Assembly (NCBI GenBank): GCA_017507905.1
Contig: JAFWAA010000051.1
Span: forward strand, 1-50,418
Reading direction: 5' to 3'
DNA: 50,418 nt
Source of the DNA: Clostridia bacterium
Lineage (GTDB): Bacteria > Bacillota > Clostridia > Oscillospirales > CAG-272
Shown one piece after another: positions 26,944 to 35,195 of the stretch (positions are counted from its first letter, which is position 1; each line of letters starts with the position of its first letter). The notes under the pieces are model-generated. The model was not told the DNA's origin. It did not search any database and saw only the letters and a list, made by a program, of their open reading frames with translations. The position numbers and the translations under genes were made by a program.

Positions 26944-28188
26944 ATGAAACGCTTGCTTTGCCTGTTGCTCCTGCTCTCCCTGTTCACGCTTTCCCTTCTC
27001 TCCTGCGGCGAGCAGGCCTCTGATTATCGCCAAGCAAAGGCTCTGCTCGAGCAGGGCGAGCTTGCCAAGGCCTATGGTCTGCTGCTCTCTCTTGGCGACT
27101 ACAAGGACGCCGAGGAGCTGCTCGAACATTTCTGCTTCGTTCCCACGGAGGGCTCGTCCACGATCTTCTGCGACTGGGGGCAGACTCCTTTGTCCGACTG
27201 CGAATACGTCTTTACCTATAACGAAAAGGGCCTGCTGACGAAATACGATCGCGCGGGCAATACCACGGTCTATGTCTACGACGAGCAGGGCCATCTCCTG
27301 GAGGAGCGCCTCACCCGCTCATGCGACGAGCAGGGCTGTCTCTCGGAAGCGCCTGACACCGGCTCCACCCATACTACCCTCTATACCTATGACGAGCACG
27401 GCAATCGGATCAGCATGGTCCGTGTCCGTACAGACGAGGAATGGGAGGTATGGTACTACGAGGAATACACCTACGACGAAAAGGGCAACCTCCTGACCGA
27501 AACGCATTTTTCCAAGGATCCCAACGCAGCCGATCTCCCCTTTGAGCTTCCCTTCCGCCAGGAGCTGGCCTACGCCTACGCCTATGACGAGGCAGGCCGC
27601 GTGATCCGCAAGGAGCGGACCTGCGAGGACGATAAGCAGGTCATAGAATACCGCTACGACAACGCCGGCCTTCTTCTCGAGGAGCGCTTTACCCAAAACG
27701 GCGGGGCAACCGTGGTCACTGCCTACGTCTATGACGAGGCAGGAAGGATCCTCCGCTCGGTATCCCCGAAGAAAGAGGTCAATTATACCTACGACGGGCA
27801 TGGAAACCTGACCCGGAAAGAGAGCCTCACCGCCTCCGTCGGCGGCTACACCAGTCTCTCGACCGACACCTACGAATACACCTACGACGAGAGCGGAAAC
27901 GTGATCAAGCGCGTGGAGGACCTCGCGGGGCTTAAGCCCTGCGTGTACGAATTCGTCTACGACGAGGACGGCGTGCTCCTGGAGCAGATCCGCACCAGCC
28001 AGTCGGCCGACTACAACGTAGAGACCGTTATCCGTGAGCGCTATGACCCTTACGGGAATGTGATCGAGAAGACCGTTACGAGTGTCGGCCTCATCACCAC
28101 CGTCACCACAATGACCTACGAGCTTGCCTATCTCTCCCCCGAGAACGGCGCCTTCATTCAATCCATCATCGACTCGATCTTCCCCTGA
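26944..28188 (+). CDS. YD-repeat (Rhs-like) lipoprotein 2
   Basis: AAGGAGG RBS; lipobox LLS-C; LGDYKDA motif; about 11 YD repeats. Confidence 0.88.
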   Translation: MKRLLCLLLLLSLFTLSLLSCGEQASDYRQAKALLEQGELAKAYGLLLSLGDYKDAEELLEHFCFVPTEGSSTIFCDWGQTPLSDCEYVFTYNEKGLLTKYDRAGNTTVYVYDEQGHLLEERLTRSCDEQGCLSEAPDTGSTHTTLYTYDEHGNRISMVRVRTDEEWEVWYYEEYTYDEKGNLLTETHFSKDPNAADLPFELPFRQELAYAYAYDEAGRVIRKERTCEDDKQVIEYRYDNAGLLLEERFTQNGGATVVTAYVYDEAGRILRSVSPKKEVNYTYDGHGNLTRKESLTASVGGYTSLSTDTYEYTYDESGNVIKRVEDLAGLKPCVYEFVYDEDGVLLEQIRTSQSADYNVETVIRERYDPYGNVIEKTVTSVGLITTVTTMTYELAYLSPENGAFIQSIIDSIFP

Positions 28189-28197
28189 TCCAAAAGA

Positions 28198-28245
28198 AAA
28201 AACACCCCCGATGCCCTTTCAAGGCATCGGGGGGATCTTATTTTT
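28198..28245. terminator. Bidirectional terminator between convergent genes
   Basis: A-tract, CCCCCGATGCC...GGCATCGGGGG, T-rich tract. Confidence 0.7.
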
Positions 28246-28254
28246 GTGTGGGGA

Positions 28255-30507
28255 TCATTCCGCGAAGCGGTAGGAGCCGCCGCCAAGGCAGGTCGTAAAG
28301 CCGCCGGGAAGCGTCACCCTTGCCGTAACGCCCTCGGGAATGTCAAACTCGTAGTAGACCACGTCGCCCTTGTAGTACCAGTGCGAGCGGATCTTGCCGC
28401 TGCGCGACTCGACCGAGCCCTCGGCCCAGCCCAAGCACTTGTTGGGGTGAGGTGCGATCTCGATCTCGCGGTAGGCGGGAGACGTGGGCTTGATGCCAAG
28501 GGCTGCACCAAAGATCCAATCGTAGACCGTTCCGTAGGCGTAATGGTTGAAGGAGTTCATGTCGGTGCTCCAGAAGGTGCCGTCCTCCTTGAGGCTGTTC
28601 CAATGCTCCCACATGGTGGTCGCGCCGTGGTTGACCGAATAGAGCCAGGAGGGTGCTCTCTCCTCCATCAAAAGCTCGTAGGCCACATCGGCGTGTCCCG
28701 TTGCGGTGAGGGCGTGGAGCAGATAGGGCGTGCCCACAAAGCCCGTGCTCATCAGGTTTCCGTTCTCGCGGATCATCTGCACCAGCATGTTTCCGTAGCG
28801 CTCGCGGTCCTTCTCGGGGCAGAGACGGAAGTGGAGCATCAGCACAAGCGTGGTCTGCGTCATGCAGGAGCGCACCTGGTCGATGGGGGGCTTGTGCAGG
28901 CGGTAGGCAGGACGCACCTCGGTGAGCGGAAGCTTCTCCTTGGGTGTGCCGTCCTCCTCGAAGAAGTATTCGAGAATGCGTGCACGGATCTTCTGATACA
29001 TCTCGCGGTATTTCGTCATATCCTTGCCGAGGACCTCGCCCGCGCGGACCAGAAGCTCGGTGGAATAGGCAAAGAAGGCACTCGCAATAAAATCGCAGGA
29101 GGTCGCGCCAACGTAGGAATCCTCGCCTGCGTCCATAGCGAGCCAGTCACCGTAGTGCTGTCCCGTCAGCCAGAGGAACTCCTCCTCGCCCGTGGCGTGC
29201 ATATACTCCACCCAGCGCACCATGGTCGGGAACTGCTCGCGGAGCATGGCCTTGTTTCCGTAGGCCATATACAGCTCCCACGGCACCACGCAGGCAACGT
29301 CGCCCCAGGCGGCGGAGATGCGGGTGGGATGATCGGGCATACTGTCGGGCACCGTGCCGCGGATCGATCCGTCGGGTCCCTGCTCGATGGCAAGGTCGCG
29401 CATCCACTTGCGGAAGAATTTTTCGACGTCAAAGTTGATGGCCGCGGTGCGGCAGAAGATCTGCGCGTCGCCCGTCCAGCCCAGGCGCTCGTCGCGCTGC
29501 GGGCAGTCGGTGGGGATATCCAGATAGTTGCTCTTCTGTCCCCAGATAATATTGTGGTAAAGCTGATTGATCTTTTCGTTTCCGCAACGGAATTCGCCCG
29601 TGCGCTTGATGTCCGAATGCACGACCACGGCGCGGAAGCAATCGGGATCCACCGTGTCAAAGGGGTACTCCACGAGCTGAATGTAGCGGAAGCCCTGGAA
29701 GGTGTAGGTGGGCTTGAAGACGTCCTCGCCGCCGCTGAGAATATAGGTGTTCTCGTTGCGCGCATGGCGGAAGTTGCCCGTGTAGAAGTTGCCCTCAGCG
29801 TCCAGCACCTCGGCGTGATGAATGACGATGCGGTCGCCGCGCTTTCCCTTTGCGCGGACCTCCACGTAGCCCGTCATGTTCTGTCCGAAGTCCAGAACCA
29901 GCTCTCCCTTGGGCGTGCGGAAGATCTCGATGGGCGCCAGGCGCTCGTGCTCGGTGATCCATTCGCCGTCCTGCGGGACGAGCTTGCTCTTGACCGTGGG
30001 ATCGAGCATCGCCTTGCCGATGCACTCGATGGGTGCGGTCTTATCTACCGTCTCGCCGTGGTAGATCTCGGTGAAGGTGACCTCGTTGGTGTAAACGTCC
30101 CAGGCCTCGTCCGTGACGAGCTCCTCCTCGGTGCCGTCCGCATAGCGAATATGCAGCCAAGCAACGACGGCGGTACGCTCGGCAAAGCAGTGATTGGTGT
30201 TGACGTGTCCGATGTAACCGACCGCCCAGCCCTGGCCGACGCTGATCTCCAGGCGGTTCTCGGCGCGAAGGAGAGAGGTGAGGTCATAGGTCTGGTACAG
30301 CACGCGCGTCTTGTAGGAGGTCCAGCCGGGGGCCAGTACGCCCTTGCCCACACGCTCGCCGTTCAAAAAGAGCGCATAGTTGCCCATGGCGCTGGCGCAA
30401 AGCGTAGCCTTTTTGATCTCCTTGTTGCAGGTCAGCTCGCGGCGGAAGGTGGTTGCCGCCACGCCCATATCTCTTGGAGCGGTGATCCATTTTGCATTTT
30501 TGTTCAT
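28255..30507 (-). CDS. Alpha-L-rhamnosidase, glycoside hydrolase family 78
   Basis: DFGQNMTG, FQGFRY, PTDCPQRDERLGWTGDAQ, GATTMWEHW, SFNHYAYG. Confidence 0.95.
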   Translation of the reverse strand: MNKNAKWITAPRDMGVAATTFRRELTCNKEIKKATLCASAMGNYALFLNGERVGKGVLAPGWTSYKTRVLYQTYDLTSLLRAENRLEISVGQGWAVGYIGHVNTNHCFAERTAVVAWLHIRYADGTEEELVTDEAWDVYTNEVTFTEIYHGETVDKTAPIECIGKAMLDPTVKSKLVPQDGEWITEHERLAPIEIFRTPKGELVLDFGQNMTGYVEVRAKGKRGDRIVIHHAEVLDAEGNFYTGNFRHARNENTYILSGGEDVFKPTYTFQGFRYIQLVEYPFDTVDPDCFRAVVVHSDIKRTGEFRCGNEKINQLYHNIIWGQKSNYLDIPTDCPQRDERLGWTGDAQIFCRTAAINFDVEKFFRKWMRDLAIEQGPDGSIRGTVPDSMPDHPTRISAAWGDVACVVPWELYMAYGNKAMLREQFPTMVRWVEYMHATGEEEFLWLTGQHYGDWLAMDAGEDSYVGATSCDFIASAFFAYSTELLVRAGEVLGKDMTKYREMYQKIRARILEYFFEEDGTPKEKLPLTEVRPAYRLHKPPIDQVRSCMTQTTLVLMLHFRLCPEKDRERYGNMLVQMIRENGNLMSTGFVGTPYLLHALTATGHADVAYELLMEERAPSWLYSVNHGATTMWEHWNSLKEDGTFWSTDMNSFNHYAYGTVYDWIFGAALGIKPTSPAYREIEIAPHPNKCLGWAEGSVESRSGKIRSHWYYKGDVVYYEFDIPEGVTARVTLPGGFTTCLGGGSYRFAE

Positions 30508-30698
30508 GCGTTCATCCTCGGCCTTCCCGACGGGGAAAAGCCATCCTTTCTGTCATTGATTTTGCGCAAAGCCATAGCGAAAAGCCGCGGCTCGGGGACT
30601 TTTTTCTTCTTTTTTGCAAAACCTCTTGAAACCATTATAGCATATGTGTTATAATAAATCAACCTTCACTTTTACTGCAAACAGGGGGTATTTTTAAG

Positions 30699-31574
30699 AT
30701 GGAAAGCGCAAAGCCGCCGATCTGGATCCGCGTTCTGCCAAAGCTCAAGCAGGACAAATTCTATATGGAGCTGCACCGCCGCCAAAAGGCCGTGGAGATG
30801 CACGATCACGCCTTTTTGGAGCTGACCTACATTCTGGAGGGTGAGGTCGAGCATACGCTGGACGGGCAGACCTCCCGCCTTTGCCGCGGAGACTACCTGA
30901 TCGTGGATTACGGCAGCCGCCACGCCTATTCCGCCGTGGGTGCGGAGGGCTTTGACAACCTGGACTGCCTCTTTCTCCCCGAGCTTCTCGACCCTGTGCT
31001 GAAGGGGACCGAGAGCCTGCGCGCGCTGCTGGAGCATTACCTTTTGCACTTCAACGTGCAGGCGCTCCTGCAAAATCCTGCACACATGGTCTTTCACGAT
31101 GACACGGGACGCATTCTCGAGCTGCTCGAGCGCATTCGCACCGAGGGGGAGCAGCGTGCCGCGGGCTACACCGAGATCATTCGCTGCTATCTGATCGAGA
31201 TCCTGATCCTGACCGTGCGCCGCATGAGCACCGCGCAGATCGCTTCCTCGGGGCAGAGCGTCAGCGACTACCTCTCGGCCTACGTGGCAGAGCATTATAT
31301 GGAAAACCTGACCCTGCGCGAGCTTGCCGTCACGCTCAATTACAGCCTTCCCTACATCAGCAAGCGCTTCAAGGAGGACACGGGCATCTCCTTTGTGCAT
31401 TACCTGCAGAGCTACCGCATCATGCAGGCCTGCCGTCTGCTCTCCTCCACCAAAAAGACGGTCGCGGAGATCACCGAGCTTGTCGGCTACCGCGACGTCA
31501 AGTTCTTCTCCGCCCTATTCAAGCGCACCGTTGGCCTCTCCCCCGCCGAGTTCAGAAGGCGGAAGGAGAAGTGA
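30699..31574 (+). CDS. AraC family transcriptional regulator
   Basis: MHDHAFLELTYI cupin; VAEITELVGYRDVKFFSALFKRTVGLSPAEFR. Confidence 0.92.
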   Translation: MESAKPPIWIRVLPKLKQDKFYMELHRRQKAVEMHDHAFLELTYILEGEVEHTLDGQTSRLCRGDYLIVDYGSRHAYSAVGAEGFDNLDCLFLPELLDPVLKGTESLRALLEHYLLHFNVQALLQNPAHMVFHDDTGRILELLERIRTEGEQRAAGYTEIIRCYLIEILILTVRRMSTAQIASSGQSVSDYLSAYVAEHYMENLTLRELAVTLNYSLPYISKRFKEDTGISFVHYLQSYRIMQACRLLSSTKKTVAEITELVGYRDVKFFSALFKRTVGLSPAEFRRRKEK

Positions 31575-31605
31575 GGAAGGAAAAAGAAAGAACCGACACA
31601 TTTCC

Positions 31606-31643
31606 AAAACAAAAAGCACTTCGTAAGAAGTGCTTTTTGTTTT
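31606..31643. terminator. Bidirectional terminator
   Basis: AAAACAAAAAGCACTTC-gtaa-GAAGTGCTTTTTGTTTT. Confidence 0.8.
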
Positions 31644-31687
31644 GAGCCGTGTTGACAAAAAAGATGCCAACACGAGTATGTTAAAAA

Positions 31688-32254
31688 TTACTTATCGACA
31701 ACGATTTTTTCAACAAGCTCCGCAATTTTATCGGTAACATAACCGAGGGCTGCAAACTTGTCTTGGGTTTCCATATCGGAATCCTTGATCATTGCCATAT
31801 TGTTATCAAATGCCGATTTCACCAAATCAATTTTTCTGGCTTCTTCATTTTGAATGTCATCGTACATCCTTTCGTATAACTCCATCATTTTACGAATAGT
31901 CAACTCTCTCGTTTTAAAAATATCACAAATTCCGGAAATTTGCTCAGCGGAAGCTTCAACATTTTCACTCTCAAATGTTGAAAGGGTATCTCCAAGACGA
32001 TGTAAAGATGTTTGGCTGTTTTCGGTAAGTTCCTTTTGCAATGTTGTAAGCTGTACGAATATTTCTTTTGCGGTTAATTTATTTTCTTCCATTTTTTCTT
32101 CCTCCAAAATTTTATCCGGAGGACACGCAAGGCATATTTTATTTTCACCTACGAAGCGTGCCCTGCCGTTTTTTACAAGATCTTTCGCCCTTTTCGGGTA
32201 GGTCGCCTCATATTCATTTCCTTGCTCATCAACAACAATTACGTTTTTTTCGAT
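31688..32254 (-). CDS. AT-rich hypothetical protein; probable non-AUG (ATC) start at 32254, alternative internal ATG at 32092
   Basis: The frame is open from a TAA near 32326 with no ATG/GTG before 32092. AAGGGGG SD lies 8 nt before ATC; the translation is IEKNVIVVDEQGNEYEATYPKRAKDLVKNGRARFVGENKICLACPP... A GGAGG SD also precedes ATG 32092. Confidence 0.7.
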   Translation of the reverse strand: MEKNVIVVDEQGNEYEATYPKRAKDLVKNGRARFVGENKICLACPPDKILEEEKMEENKLTAKEIFVQLTTLQKELTENSQTSLHRLGDTLSTFESENVEASAEQISGICDIFKTRELTIRKMMELYERMYDDIQNEEARKIDLVKSAFDNNMAMIKDSDMETQDKFAALGYVTDKIAELVEKIVVDK

Positions 32255-32334
32255 GGGTGTCGCCCCCTTTGTATTGATTTGCTTTTTGCTAATGTCGTTT
32301 TTTGTTATGGGTACCGTCCCCGATTAGCGAATAT

Positions 32335-32363
32335 ATTATATCATAATTTTACACATTTTGCAA
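32335..32363 (-). promoter_or_regulatory. sigmaA promoter of the islet gene
   Basis: TTGCAA, 17 nt, TATAAT with TG extension. Confidence 0.7.
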
Positions 32364-32451
32364 TATATTTCGAAAGATTTTTGTTAGCATTCCAAATGAT
32401 GCGGCATCTGACGGTGATATGCTGCATTTTTCTTGCAAACAGGACGCTGCC

Positions 32452-32655
32452 TTCCGCGTCCCAATCACGCCGAAGGCGTGTATATCATCCTGTTCCAAAG
32501 GAACGGCATATCATCAATGCGAAGCATTGTATATCATCAAGCCGCAGGGAAAATGCACGCTGGCGCGTGATGAGATACAAGGGCGGCTCGCCGCCCTTGA
32601 TGATATACACCGCACTTCGCGCGGTGATGATATGCCAAGCCTGTCGGCTTGGATA
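32452..32655 (-). repeat. tRNA-associated seven-hairpin structured element, copy B
   Basis: Same ends and architecture as 3192-3374, with linkers YATATCAT/TATCTCAT x3 and ATGATATR x3. Confidence 0.85.
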
Positions 32656-32691
32656 AAAAAATTCGACAAGTCGAAACTTGTCGAATTTTTT
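32655..32691 (-). terminator. Intrinsic terminator after tRNA-Arg
   Basis: AAAAAATTCGACAAG-tttcga-CTTGTCGAATTTTTTT. Confidence 0.85.
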
Positions 32692-32768
32692 TGGCCTACC
32701 CGAAAGGATTCGAACCTTCGACCTTCAGAGTCGGAGTCTGACGCGCTATCCAGCTGTGCCACGGGTAG
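32692..32768 (-). tRNA. tRNA-Arg (anticodon CCG)
   Basis: CTACCCG...CGGGTAG acceptor stem, anticodon loop CT-CCG-AC, GGTTCGAATCC, encoded CCA; 77 nt. Confidence 0.95.
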
Positions 32769-32840
32769 AGATGAATTGATTTTGCCCTTCGCTACCTTCA
32801 ACGTCGGAGCGGACACGCCATCCGGCTGTGCCACGGGTAG
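32769..32840 (-). pseudogene. Degenerate tandem copy of tRNA-Arg(CCG)
   Basis: CTACCCGTGGCACAGCCGGATGGCGTGTCCGCTCCGACGTTGAAGGTAGCGAAGGGCAAAATC aligns with the adjacent tRNA; T-loop and 3' acceptor strand are lost. Confidence 0.8.
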
Positions 32841-32857
32841 TTTCGGAAAGCACTCGT

Positions 32858-32886
32858 ATTATACCATACTTTCCGCGCAAATGCAA
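32858..32886 (-). promoter_or_regulatory. sigmaA promoter of the pseudo-tRNA/tRNA-Arg unit
   Basis: TTGCAT, 17 nt, TATAAT with TG extension. Confidence 0.75.
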
Positions 32887-32936
32887 GCGATTTTTGCAGT
32901 TTTTGCCCTTCTTTTTTCCAAGGAGAAGAAAAACTG

Positions 32937-32965
32937 TTGACAAATTTCGAAGTTCATTATATAAT
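32937..32965 (+). promoter_or_regulatory. sigmaA promoter of glutamine synthetase
   Basis: Consensus TTGACA, 17 nt, TATAAT. Confidence 0.8.
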
Positions 32966-33026
32966 TATGATATTCTATTCCGCTTCGCCGCTCGGCGAAG
33001 CCCCTTAGAAAGGATTTTCTGAACCG

Positions 33027-35117
33027 ATGAAAACAAACGTTTCCGAAATCTTTGGCTCGATGGTCTTTAACGACGACGTCATGCGCGAGCGCCTCCCCAA
33101 GGAGGTCTACAAATCGCTGACCAAGACCATCGCCACCGGCAGGACTATCGACCCCTCGATCGCCGACGTGGTCGCCAACGCCATGAAGGACTGGGCTGTG
33201 GAAAAGGGCGCAACGCACTACACGCACTGGTTCCAGCCTCTGACCGGCGTCACGGCGGAAAAGCACGACGCCTTTATCTCCCCCGTTGGCACAAGTAAGG
33301 TCGTGATGGAGTTCTCCGGCAAGGAGCTGATCCACGGTGAGTCGGATGCCTCCTCCTTCCCCACGGGCGGCCTGCGCGCCACCTTTGAGGCAAGAGGCTA
33401 CACCGCCTGGGATCCCGCCTCCTACGCCTTCGTCAAGGACGGTACCCTCTATATCCCCACCGCCTTCTGCTCCTATACGGGCGAGGCGCTGGACGCAAAG
33501 ACGCCCCTTCTCCGCTCCATGGACGCCCTCAACACGCAGGCCCTGCGCATTCTTCGCCTCTTTGGCGATACGACCTGCCGCCGCGTGGACATCACCGTGG
33601 GCGCCGAGCAGGAGTACTTTATCGTGGACAAGGCCATGTACGACCGCCGCAAGGATCTGGTCTACGCGGGCAGGACCCTCTTTGGTGCGCCGGCCCCCAA
33701 GGGGCAGGAGCTGGAGGATCACTACTTCGGCCCGCTGAAAACGCGCATCGCCGCCTTTATGGCCGACCTCGACAAGGCGCTCTGGACCATGGGCATCAAC
33801 GCCAAGACCAAGCACAACGAGGCCGCTCCCGCACAGCACGAGCTGGCCCCCATCTACGAGACCGCCAACATCGCCGTGGATCAGAACCTTCTGACCATGG
33901 AATACATGAAGAAGATCGCCGAGCGCCACGGCCTTGTCTGCCTCCTGCACGAAAAGCCCTACGCAGGCGTCAACGGCTCGGGCAAGCACAACAACTGGTC
34001 GCTCAGCGCAAACGGAAAGAACCTGCTCGACCCCGGCAAGACCCCCGCAGATAACGCCAAGTTCCTCCTCTTCCTCGCCGCCATCATTCAGGCGGTGGAC
34101 GACTACCAGGATCTGATGCGCGTGTCGGTGGCCTACGCGGGCAACGATCACCGTCTTGGAGCCGGAGAGGCTCCTCCCGCCATCGTCTCGCTCTTTGTGG
34201 GTGAGGATCTCGGCGCGCTGATCGAATCGATCGTGGACGGCACCGCCTATCAGGGTACGAAGGCCGCCATGATGGATCTGGGCATTCCCTCCGTTCCCGT
34301 CTTCCGTAAGGACACCACCGACCGCAACCGCACCTCTCCCTTTGCCTTTACGGGCAACAAGTTTGAGTTCCGCATGGTGGGCGCATCCCAGAACATCGCC
34401 CTGCCCAACACCGTTCTCAACACCGCCGTGGCCGAATCCCTGCGCCAGTTTGCCGACCGTTTGGAGGAGGCCGACAACGTGGAGAGCGCCGCCGCTCAGC
34501 TGATCAAGGATACCCTCACCGCGCACAAGCGCATTCTCTTTGACGGCAACGGCTACTCCGACGAGTGGGAGGCCGAGGCAAAGCGTCGCGGTCTGCTCAA
34601 TCTGCGCACCTCGGTGGACGCCTACAAGACCTTTATGGACGAGAAGAACGTTCGCCTGTTCTCCTCTCTCGGCGTCATGAGCGAATCCGAAATGCGCTCC
34701 CGCGAGGAGATCTACTTTGAGAACTACGCCAAGGTCGTCAACATCGAGGCGCTGACCATGGTGGTCATGGCCTCGCGCGACTACATTCCTGCGGCAGAGG
34801 CCTACATCGGCCGTCTTGCCGACACCGCCACCAAAAAGCGCGCGATCTCTCCCACGCTCACCTGCGCGCTGGAGGAGGATCTGATCCGCCGTCTTTCCTC
34901 TCTCAGCTACGAGGCCTACTGCGCCGTGGAGGAGCTGAAGTCCGCTGAGACGGCCGCCGCCGCGATCCCCGACGCCCGTACGCGCGCCGAGCGCTACTGC
35001 GACGTGGTAATCCCTCTGATGCAACGGCTGCGCCGCGCCGTGGACGGCATGGAGGTGCTGACGGCAGGTCAGCTCTGGCCCGTTCCCACCTACGGAGATC
35101 TGATGTTCCGCGTCTGA
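33027..35117 (+). CDS. glnA: Glutamine synthetase type III
   Basis: [83 protein letters not shown]. Confidence 0.97.
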   Translation: MKTNVSEIFGSMVFNDDVMRERLPKEVYKSLTKTIATGRTIDPSIADVVANAMKDWAVEKGATHYTHWFQPLTGVTAEKHDAFISPVGTSKVVMEFSGKELIHGESDASSFPTGGLRATFEARGYTAWDPASYAFVKDGTLYIPTAFCSYTGEALDAKTPLLRSMDALNTQALRILRLFGDTTCRRVDITVGAEQEYFIVDKAMYDRRKDLVYAGRTLFGAPAPKGQELEDHYFGPLKTRIAAFMADLDKALWTMGINAKTKHNEAAPAQHELAPIYETANIAVDQNLLTMEYMKKIAERHGLVCLLHEKPYAGVNGSGKHNNWSLSANGKNLLDPGKTPADNAKFLLFLAAIIQAVDDYQDLMRVSVAYAGNDHRLGAGEAPPAIVSLFVGEDLGALIESIVDGTAYQGTKAAMMDLGIPSVPVFRKDTTDRNRTSPFAFTGNKFEFRMVGASQNIALPNTVLNTAVAESLRQFADRLEEADNVESAAAQLIKDTLTAHKRILFDGNGYSDEWEAEAKRRGLLNLRTSVDAYKTFMDEKNVRLFSSLGVMSESEMRSREEIYFENYAKVVNIEALTMVVMASRDYIPAAEAYIGRLADTATKKRAISPTLTCALEEDLIRRLSSLSYEAYCAVEELKSAETAAAAIPDARTRAERYCDVVIPLMQRLRRAVDGMEVLTAGQLWPVPTYGDLMFRV

Positions 35118-35142
35118 TCCCTCCGAAACGAAAAAAAGAAAG

Positions 35143-35191
35143 AAACGGATGTGTACTCTACGCAAGGGCGTGGACGTACGCATCCGTTTTT
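35143..35191. terminator. Bidirectional terminator between glnA and MATE
   Basis: AAACGGATG...CATCCGTTTTT long stem. Confidence 0.6.
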
Positions 35192-35195
35192 CGCT

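Noticed and set aside
25599-28188. Rhs polymorphic toxin system
   Set aside because: No DPxG core, toxin tip, immunity gene or secretion genes.
32189-32202. TTTCGGGTAGG matching the tRNA-Arg 3' end as a possible att duplicate
   Set aside because: Opposite orientation to the tRNA, only 11 nt, and it lies in the TYPKR codons of the extended ORF.
32222-32943. ORFs overlapping element B and tRNA-Arg (likewise 3069-3471 at tRNA-Glu)
   Set aside because: Translations of tRNA and repeat sequence with no RBS or protein-like features.
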